Source of the DNA: an uncultured Gammaproteobacteria bacterium
GTDB taxonomy: Bacteria > Pseudomonadota > Gammaproteobacteria > GCF-002020875
NCBI GenBank assembly: GCA_963981015.1
Contig: CAXCCG010000004.1
Coordinates: 1,720 to 65,719, forward strand
Reading direction: 5' to 3'
DNA: 64,000 bases
In this document: positions 39,677 through 46,784 of the stretch, piece after piece
How the letters are laid out: each line of letters begins with the position of its first letter
Numbering within the stretch: position 1 is the first letter of the stretch
Position numbers and translations under genes: made by a program
The notes under the pieces: generated by a model
Seen by the model: the letters and a program-made list of their open reading frames with translations, nothing else
Database searches by the model: none
Told to the model about the DNA's origin: nothing

Positions 39677-41159
39677 GCTGGCGACGCTCTTCAATTTTCC
39701 CGCACTCTGGCAGGCCTATATCACCTGTCGCAAGGGAAAACGGGGGAGTCGCAATACCCAGCACTACGAGATCAGCCTGCTGGATCGACTGATTGATACG
39801 CTGGATGCGCTGAAAACAGCCCGATGGACCCCCTCCCGCTCTGTACTCTTTGTCGTTACCCGCCCCAAGATGCGCGAGATCCACGCAGCAGACTTTTCAG
39901 ACCGGGTGGTTCACCATCTGCTGGTGCCCCGGCTGGAACGGCTCTATGAGCCAACCTTTATTCACGACAGCTACTCCAACCGAAAAGGCAAAGGGACCCA
40001 TGCAGCCGTAGAGCGACTGCAGCACTTTATGCGCAAGGTGACCCGTAATCAGACCCGGCCAGCCCACTACCTTCAGTTGGACATCGCTAACTTCTTCAAT
40101 ACGATTGATCGCCCTACGCTCTGGAAACAGCTACAACATCGACTGCGCAAGGCGCAACAGAGGGGGGCAGAGGATAGAGGAGTGACACCACAAGAGCAGC
40201 AGGAACTGCTCTGGCTCACCCACCGTATCCTCAGGCAGAATCCCACAGAGCATGCCCTATTGCGAGGTTCCCCCGATGAATTTGCCCGGATCCCTCAGCA
40301 CAAAAGGCTCTCGGCAGCACCAGCTGACAAAGGGCTTCCCATCGGCAACCTGACCAGCCAGTTCTTCGCCAACGTCTATCTTAACGAACTGGACCAGTTC
40401 ATCAAGCACACCCTCAAGGCGGACTACTATCTTCGCTATGTGGATGATTTCATTCTACTGCACCAGAACCCGGAGCAGCTGGAGCAGTGGAGAAAAGAGA
40501 TTGCCGATTTTCTTCAGCAGAGACTACAGCTGAAGCTGCGCCCTCAACAAATCCTCAAACCGGTTACCGATGGGGCCGACTTCCTCGGCTACATTGTGCG
40601 ACCCGACTACCGTCTGGTACGCCGAAGAGTGGTCGGGCACCTGAGAGAGCGGTTACAGCACCTTCAGCAACAGCTGATAGAGAGAACAAAAAAAGGGACC
40701 ACCCTGCGCTTAAAGCAGGCACACCGACAACAGCTACATGCCATGCTGGCAAGTTATCTCGCCCATATCCGTCATGCCAGTAGCCACAACCTGCTACAGA
40801 CACTATGGAGAGAGTTTTCGTGGCTGGATCATGTTTTTCAGCGGCCAGAGAGTGCGACAGCAACACTCCTTCCCCGTTGGAAACCAGAGCGTGTCAGCTC
40901 CTTCGCCAGTCAGCAACGCTGGTTTAAACAGAGACTGCCCGGCTACCACCTGCTGATCCAGCGTGGTAGTGCATTTCTGGTCGCGAATCATGCAGAAGAG
41001 GAGGGCAGAGAGATCCCACTTAACAGCCTTAAATCGATACGAACCAACCTGCGTAACCGACAGATCCCACACGCCTTTATTGCCGAAGAGGGGTACCTGA
41101 AAGGGGGGCTCAAACAGCGGGTTCTGCGACTGCTCTGGCAACCCACACCAATGATCTGA
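39639..41159 (+). CDS. DGR reverse transcriptase with a C-terminal MutS-I-like extension (start uncertain; frame open from 39489)
   Basis: CRKGKR, REIHAADFSDRVVHH, QLDIANFF, the DGR signature GLPIGNLTSQ, YLRYVDDF and DFLGY. Confidence 0.95.
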   Translation: MKIGCGWCAPESELATLFNFPALWQAYITCRKGKRGSRNTQHYEISLLDRLIDTLDALKTARWTPSRSVLFVVTRPKMREIHAADFSDRVVHHLLVPRLERLYEPTFIHDSYSNRKGKGTHAAVERLQHFMRKVTRNQTRPAHYLQLDIANFFNTIDRPTLWKQLQHRLRKAQQRGAEDRGVTPQEQQELLWLTHRILRQNPTEHALLRGSPDEFARIPQHKRLSAAPADKGLPIGNLTSQFFANVYLNELDQFIKHTLKADYYLRYVDDFILLHQNPEQLEQWRKEIADFLQQRLQLKLRPQQILKPVTDGADFLGYIVRPDYRLVRRRVVGHLRERLQHLQQQLIERTKKGTTLRLKQAHRQQLHAMLASYLAHIRHASSHNLLQTLWREFSWLDHVFQRPESATATLLPRWKPERVSSFASQQRWFKQRLPGYHLLIQRGSAFLVANHAEEEGREIPLNSLKSIRTNLRNRQIPHAFIAEEGYLKGGLKQRVLRLLWQPTPMI

Positions 41160-41182
41160 AATAACCAAGGAGTTGATCCACC

Positions 41183-41707
41183 ATGTACATACTGAAAACA
41201 ACCTTCACCCTGCTGTTCTGTGCACTGCCGTTCCTCACTCATGCCGCACAGAGCTGCAACAGCGCCATCCCGCGCAGTGCCCCCGACAGCCGCTATATCG
41301 ACCATGGTGACCGTACCGTGACCGACAGCGAAACCGGGCTGATGTGGAAGCAGTGTAGTGAAGGGTTGAGTGATAGTGGTTGCGTCAGCGGGGCCATTGA
41401 AACCTTTAACTGGCAAGAGGCGATGGCACGGGCAGAGAGCATCAACAGCGGTGCCGGGTTTGCCGGATATACCGACTGGCGGGTCCCCGATATCAAGGAG
41501 TTGGCCTCGCTGGTCGAGATCGCCTGCTACTCACCGGCAATCAATGAGACCCTGTTTCCTGCGACCCCCGCCAGTGGGTTCTGGTCGGCCTCGCCGCATG
41601 CCCTTAGTAGTGACTACGCCTGGGTCGTCCTCTTCAGCAATGGCGGCGACAACGATGACGCTAAGTCCGATGCCTATCGGTTGCGGTTGGTGCGCGCCGG
41701 ACAGTGA
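41183..41707 (+). CDS. DGR target 2: secreted DUF1566/Lcl protein
   Basis: Signal peptide, TVTDSETGLMWKQCSEG and DWRVPDIKEL; the C-terminus is encoded by VR2. Confidence 0.92.
   Translation: MYILKTTFTLLFCALPFLTHAAQSCNSAIPRSAPDSRYIDHGDRTVTDSETGLMWKQCSEGLSDSGCVSGAIETFNWQEAMARAESINSGAGFAGYTDWRVPDIKELASLVEIACYSPAINETLFPATPASGFWSASPHALSSDYAWVVLFSNGGDNDDAKSDAYRLRLVRAGQ
41578..41707 (+). repeat. DGR variable repeat VR2
   Basis: 130 nt colinear with TR; 18 mismatches at TR adenines plus the same G->C as VR1. Confidence 0.96.
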
Positions 41708-41734
41708 GTTGGTTTTTTGAATTTGAAATAGTGA

Positions 41735-43687
41735 ATGGAAGCACAGTTTATGAATAGAGTAGATAAGCTTAGAAGATCAGTTTTTTGGGCTCTGTTGTTG
41801 GTCACGGTGTTACTGCAGACCGGCTGTGTCCAGAATACGGCCTTCAGGACAGAAGCAGATGAGATATTGATCAAGGGTGCAGAATTAGAAATACCGTACG
41901 ACATCGCCTTTATCGAATTCGATGATCAGGGGCAGTACCAGAATCCGTCTCAGAGAGATTTGGTGCTGGAGCAACTGGCTGAGATCTCTGATTCGAGCGA
42001 TACAATTGTGGTGACCTATGTGCATGGGTGGACTCATAACGCCAAACAGGGGGACTGTGATGTGGCAGAATTTCTGGGACTGCTCCAACAGCTGGGGGAT
42101 ATAGAGCAGTTCAAAGAGAATGGCAGAAAGGTTCTGGGAATCTATATTGGCTGGCGGGGTAGCGCCATCGACTCGGATCTGCTGGAATGGACCACGTTTC
42201 TGGATCGAAAAAATGCCGCACTGAGAGCCGCGACCAGTGATGTGGTGGAACTCTTTTCTGCCCTGCACCACTGGCGTGACCGCAAATGGAAGGAGTATAG
42301 CTGGATCAAGAAGAACCCGAGCCGTCTGATTATGGTGGGGCACAGTTTGGGGGCGAGTCTGGTCTATAGCGCAATCTATCAGGTGATGATCGATAATTTC
42401 AGAGAGGCACAGACCCTGTCCGGGAGTGGAATCGTAGACCAGAACCATATTGTTCAGGGTTTTGGTGATCTGGTGGTGTTGGTCAATCCGGCCCTGGAAG
42501 CGGCCAGTGTTCAAACCCTCTGGAGGATGCAGCATGAGGTGATTCGTGCAGCGGATCAGAACCGGAAAAAGGGGGTAGTCGGGTTTTCAATACGGCAACA
42601 GCCGGAGCTGGTGGTGCTGGGGTCTGAATCGGACTATGCGACTAAAATTGCATTTGCCGTGAGCCAGTCGGTTGGTAGCGTATTTGAGACTTATCGCTAC
42701 AACCATGAACGTAATGATCTTGATGGAGCAGTCAATTTTCCCCCCGAAGAGCAGTTTCAGGCCGATACCACGGCGATTGGTCACTATCGTCCCTATCGAA
42801 CGCACCGCTTGATGAAAAATGAGACTGCTAGGGATGAACGTATTGATATGGCTGACGAAGGGAAGGGTGAGGCAGATGAAATCAGGAGGTGCGAACAGGG
42901 AATCAGGAAACCCGGCGCACTGACCTCTCTGGTCCGACAGGTACACAACCGGGAAGAAGACCCTGTCTGCTTTCCCTACTGGTTTGTTGCCGTCGACAAA
43001 GCGTTGATGGATGGGCACAGTGCCAATCTGGGTAGTAATGATGAAATCAAAGATTTCATCGAAAAGGTGGTGCTGAGTAAACTGGATAACAAGTTTCTGA
43101 ATGAGAAATACAGGAACCGGGTAACCCGTACGGTGTATGGGGTACCGAAAACCGGGCAGGAGCACTGCTACGATACTACAGGACAACTAGCCTCCTGTGC
43201 AGATACCGGGCAGGATGGGGAGTTCAAGAGTGGCATCAGCCACCCTGTGCCACGGTTTGAAGCGATGGAGAGCGGTGTCATCAAGGATAACCTGACCGGG
43301 CTGGTGTGGCTCAAAGAGGTGGACTGTGAGGTACTCAACCCCGATGAAGCCGGTAGCGCCTGGCCGGTAAAGGTAGAAGAGATCCAGCAGTTGGAGAGCG
43401 GTCAGTGTGGTCTCAACGATCTCTCGCGTGCCGGGGACTGGAGACTGCCCAATCGCAATGAACTCAATTCACTCTTCTATCTGGGGGAGAAACATCCGAT
43501 ACTCTCCTTAACAGGAGAAGAGGTCATGGCAAAACGGATTTGGTCCTCCACCAGCGAGCAAAAGAGTGAAGGCAAAAAGGCATGGATGGCGGATCTGGAA
43601 CAGGGGGTAATGGCGGCTGTGGACAAGATAGGACAGAAGGGGTATCTCTGGGCGGTCAGGGGTGCGGTACCTTCACGGGGAGAGTGA
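41735..43687 (+). CDS. Lipoprotein: alpha/beta-hydrolase-like domain fused to a DUF1566 domain
   Basis: Lipobox-like QTGC, YVHGW and GHSLG, then VPKTGQ, DNLTGLVW, DWRLPNRNEL, WSST and WAVR. Confidence 0.75.
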   Translation: MEAQFMNRVDKLRRSVFWALLLVTVLLQTGCVQNTAFRTEADEILIKGAELEIPYDIAFIEFDDQGQYQNPSQRDLVLEQLAEISDSSDTIVVTYVHGWTHNAKQGDCDVAEFLGLLQQLGDIEQFKENGRKVLGIYIGWRGSAIDSDLLEWTTFLDRKNAALRAATSDVVELFSALHHWRDRKWKEYSWIKKNPSRLIMVGHSLGASLVYSAIYQVMIDNFREAQTLSGSGIVDQNHIVQGFGDLVVLVNPALEAASVQTLWRMQHEVIRAADQNRKKGVVGFSIRQQPELVVLGSESDYATKIAFAVSQSVGSVFETYRYNHERNDLDGAVNFPPEEQFQADTTAIGHYRPYRTHRLMKNETARDERIDMADEGKGEADEIRRCEQGIRKPGALTSLVRQVHNREEDPVCFPYWFVAVDKALMDGHSANLGSNDEIKDFIEKVVLSKLDNKFLNEKYRNRVTRTVYGVPKTGQEHCYDTTGQLASCADTGQDGEFKSGISHPVPRFEAMESGVIKDNLTGLVWLKEVDCEVLNPDEAGSAWPVKVEEIQQLESGQCGLNDLSRAGDWRLPNRNELNSLFYLGEKHPILSLTGEEVMAKRIWSSTSEQKSEGKKAWMADLEQGVMAAVDKIGQKGYLWAVRGAVPSRGE

Positions 43688-43694
43688 GTAAAGA

Positions 43695-43707
43695 ATTCAG
43701 GGGTTCC
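43695..43707 (+). mobile_element. Orphan MITE terminal repeat
   Basis: ATTCAGGGGTTCC followed by TTAA, identical to the end of copy 1. Confidence 0.65.
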
Positions 43708-43709
43708 TT

Positions 43710-43804
43710 AATCTTCTCAAAGGGTGGTGAGGATATCTATGGCAAGGGCGTTTCTCTTCCTCTCTTATGGATGAGTCATGGTTATTAAAGGCATTGCCTA
43801 TGTA
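43710..43804 (+). pseudogene. Second RAYT remnant
   Basis: Reads NLLKGW*GYLWQGRFSSSLMDESWLLK, then IAYV after a frameshift, compared with the RAYT pattern GWRGHLWQGRF.S..MDE..LL...YV. Confidence 0.7.
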
Positions 43805-43854
43805 GTGCCTGACCGAAAAGCAGTTTTCACTTGAAAACTCAATGGAATAAGGCT

Positions 43855-44139
43855 CTAAGATCTCTCAACCAAATCACCATGAGCAAATTGATGAATGATT
43901 GATGAGACCAGTGTTTGGTATGGAACTCCTTTCTGATACGCAATTGATTTGATTTTTTGGATGTCTTGCTCCTGTACTCGTACTGTAATTGGCCTCTTCT
44001 TGACCGTTGCGATGGCAGCGGCCTGAAGCGTCTCAATATGTGCAGAGAGATTCTTTTCTGCTATATATTCATCATTCTCTACAGCATCAACTATAGCTGT
44101 CTCTTCAGAGTCCAACACATCGTATTTTTTGTTGATCAT
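43855..44139 (-). CDS. Antitoxin (BrnA/CopG-like ribbon-helix-helix)
   Basis: KRPITVRV and GVPYQTLVSSII; overlaps the toxin stop codon. Confidence 0.8.
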   Translation of the reverse strand: MINKKYDVLDSEETAIVDAVENDEYIAEKNLSAHIETLQAAAIATVKKRPITVRVQEQDIQKIKSIAYQKGVPYQTLVSSIIHQFAHGDLVERS

Positions 44140-44396
44140 AAATATTTCCTTTGCATTTTCCGGTCTCTGAACATTGTTTTAAGAAACACTTTCTCCCCAT
44201 CAATAACGTAAGGAACAGTGACGGCATAATTATTAACTTCTATGATCATTAAGCGCTGGTGCGATCGCTCTGGGTCTGGATGCTTAAGATCCGCTAAGAT
44301 ACGGCCATCCATGATAGCTTCAAGAGCATCTTCAAAAGAGAGAGCACGTAGCTTTTGCAGAAGTTGATTCTTATCATCATCCCATTCAATGATCAT
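44136..44396 (-). CDS. BrnT-like (DUF497) type II toxin
   Basis: IEWDDDKN, SFED and VFLKTMF. Confidence 0.8.
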   Translation of the reverse strand: MIIEWDDDKNQLLQKLRALSFEDALEAIMDGRILADLKHPDPERSHQRLMIIEVNNYAVTVPYVIDGEKVFLKTMFRDRKMQRKYL

Positions 44397-44524
44397 TTTA
44401 CATATAGTATCTGATGTACATTCAATGTCAATATATGCTCCAGTGATAGCATGAGGCTACTCTGTACCAGGAGCCCAACCGTTTCAGTATATAATGGTGA
44501 CCTAACCATTGGCATGAGGCGACT

Positions 44525-45730
44525 ATGAGAGTTGTATCCGGGATGATTCGGCTAAGAACGCCGCTTGATATCGATATCTACAGTGCTGAAGGAAAGCTCT
44601 TGCTTACCAAAGGTGTCATTATTCGTGACCTCTACAAGCTTGAGCAAATTTTCAATAGCAAGTGTTACACGACCCCTTTTGGTGAAAATCAGCCTCGTTT
44701 CGACGATAGCAGCCTTGAGCAACGCTTTGCCACTCAATATATTGAAAACCTGATCGTTCGCCTTGAGATTGCCTACTCAAATCTGGTCAAGGATGGTTAC
44801 AATTTGGTACGTGATATTGCCGATTTGGCCGATGAAATAATTCATGAGCTGGATGCAGATCCCGATATGTTCATTGGTCTGGTTCACCTACGTGCAGATC
44901 TCAACCATGCCATTATGCGCACCATCCAGAATACTATATTTGCAATATTGACCGCCAGACGGCTGGAGTGGGGGACAACACGGGTCAAGTCACTGGCTTG
45001 TGCCGGCCTGACACAGAATTTGGGTCTCTATCCTTTGCAGATTGATTTGGTGAAATTACAAAATCATGAGTTGAGCAGTTTTCACCGCCAACAGATCAGA
45101 CTCCATACCAAGCAGAGTTCCAAAATGTTGATCTCTATGGGAGTTCGGGACCGTTGCTGGATTAATGCGGTCACTTTCCACCATGAACGTTTGGACGGTT
45201 CGGGTTATCCTATGGCAATGACCGCCAAGGATATTCCGTCAGAGGCACGACTCATGGCGATTGTGGACCGTTATGGTTCGATGATTACACCACGAACCTA
45301 CCGGGATGCAGGCAACCCCACAGAGGTTATGCGCAAACTTCTGGTCTCCAAGGGCAAGCAGTATGATAAGCAGTTGAGCCAGGCACTGATTGCGGAACTG
45401 GGCATCTACCCGCCAGGCACAACAGTTGAATTAGCATCCGGTGAAATTGCAATTGTTACAAAGCGCAGTAATGATCGGTTAAAGCCAGTCGTTGCGGCGA
45501 TTTGGGATAAAAATGATGAGTGCCATGTGCACCCTGTAGAGCGAGATACTTCTGATCCTGCTTATAAAATACTCTCTATTAAGCGTCATAAAAGGACGCA
45601 AAAATTGAATGCAGATCTGTTCTGGGGGGATAGTGCCAATGATCTGGAGAATCAGCCTCTGTTCCGTATTGATGAAAGGCCTCAAATTTCAATGGAGGAT
45701 GAGCATGACTCTGAGGTGACGCTCTTTTAG
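44525..45730 (+). CDS. HD-GYP domain protein with a degenerate HD site
   Basis: HHERLDGSGYP and GIYPPGT; the expected HD appears as TQN. Confidence 0.8.
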   Translation: MRVVSGMIRLRTPLDIDIYSAEGKLLLTKGVIIRDLYKLEQIFNSKCYTTPFGENQPRFDDSSLEQRFATQYIENLIVRLEIAYSNLVKDGYNLVRDIADLADEIIHELDADPDMFIGLVHLRADLNHAIMRTIQNTIFAILTARRLEWGTTRVKSLACAGLTQNLGLYPLQIDLVKLQNHELSSFHRQQIRLHTKQSSKMLISMGVRDRCWINAVTFHHERLDGSGYPMAMTAKDIPSEARLMAIVDRYGSMITPRTYRDAGNPTEVMRKLLVSKGKQYDKQLSQALIAELGIYPPGTTVELASGEIAIVTKRSNDRLKPVVAAIWDKNDECHVHPVERDTSDPAYKILSIKRHKRTQKLNADLFWGDSANDLENQPLFRIDERPQISMEDEHDSEVTLF

Positions 45731-45864
45731 CTTCTTTTCATTGATATGGGACAAGCTCTTGGTACTCGAACACCGTTGTTGTTGAGAGGGTCCTTAATAA
45801 TGACTTGTAGAATGCGTTGGTTAGATCAATAATGGAATTACATATTTATTAAAGGGGAAAAGTC

Positions 45865-46698
45865 ATGTTGAAACAGCACGGGGCTATTGTTCTTATATTC
45901 TTGCTGAGCGCTATAACTCCTGCACAGGCGGAAGAGTCAATTCTGACCTTTGGCGTTGTACCGCAACAGGCAGCGAAGAAATTGGCCAAGAAGTGGGGGC
46001 CAATTCTGCAGTACGTCAACGCGAAGACAGGGCTGAATATCCGTTTTCGTACAGCGCCCAATATTCCTGAGTTTGAGAAGCGGCTTAGTCAGGGGGAGTA
46101 TGATCTGGCCTATATGAACCCGTATCACTATACAGTGTTCGGTGAGCATCCAGGCTATCAGGCATTTTCCAAGCAGAAGAATAAACGCATTAAGGGGATT
46201 ATGGTTGCACGGAAAGATACTGAAGCGAAGTCACTCAAAGATTTTTCAGGCAATGCATTGGCTTTTCCAGCACCGGCAGCCTTCGCGGCCAGTATTTTGA
46301 CCCGTTCTCATCTTAAGGAGAGTGAGATTGAGTTTACGCCGAAGTATGTAAAATCACATGACTCGGTCTATCGTTCTGTTGCCAAGGGGATTTTTCCGTC
46401 AGGTGGTGGTGTGGTACGTACCTTTAATAATACCGATCCGGCAATACGTGAGCAGTTGAAAATATTCTGGACCTCAAAGACCTATACACCTCACGCCTTT
46501 GCAGCGCACCCATCCATGAACAGATCCACAGTAGCCAAGGTTCAGCAGGCGCTGGTTGGGATGAATCAGGACCCAGAAGCCGCGGCTCTGTTGAAGTCGA
46601 TTAACTTCAAAGGTTTTGAGAAAGCAACCCATCAGGATTGGGATGATGTTCGTGCACTGAAAATTGATCTGTTGGAAGATCTTAAAACCGCACAGTAA
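45865..46698 (+). CDS. PhnD-like periplasmic substrate-binding protein
   Basis: Signal peptide, LTFGVVPQQ, YMNPYHY and SHDSVY. Confidence 0.82.
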   Translation: MLKQHGAIVLIFLLSAITPAQAEESILTFGVVPQQAAKKLAKKWGPILQYVNAKTGLNIRFRTAPNIPEFEKRLSQGEYDLAYMNPYHYTVFGEHPGYQAFSKQKNKRIKGIMVARKDTEAKSLKDFSGNALAFPAPAAFAASILTRSHLKESEIEFTPKYVKSHDSVYRSVAKGIFPSGGGVVRTFNNTDPAIREQLKIFWTSKTYTPHAFAAHPSMNRSTVAKVQQALVGMNQDPEAAALLKSINFKGFEKATHQDWDDVRALKIDLLEDLKTAQ

Positions 46699-46784
46699 TC
46701 CGTGTTTGATTCATGGTGCTTGTGTACCGGGATGATGGCGGTGTACTGTAGCGCTTGGGTCAATCAAGTTAGTTGGAGCATTAG

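Noticed and set aside
39489-41159. RT as a group II intron, retron or CRISPR-associated RT
   Set aside because: It has the GNLTSQ signature with YVDD, an adjacent avd and TR/VR pairs with adenine-specific mismatches. I see no maturase, HNH, retron VTG motif or cas1.
43540-43670. A third variable repeat in the hydrolase-DUF1566 gene
   Set aside because: The similarity is at protein level only; there are many non-adenine mismatches to TR and no matching 3' end.
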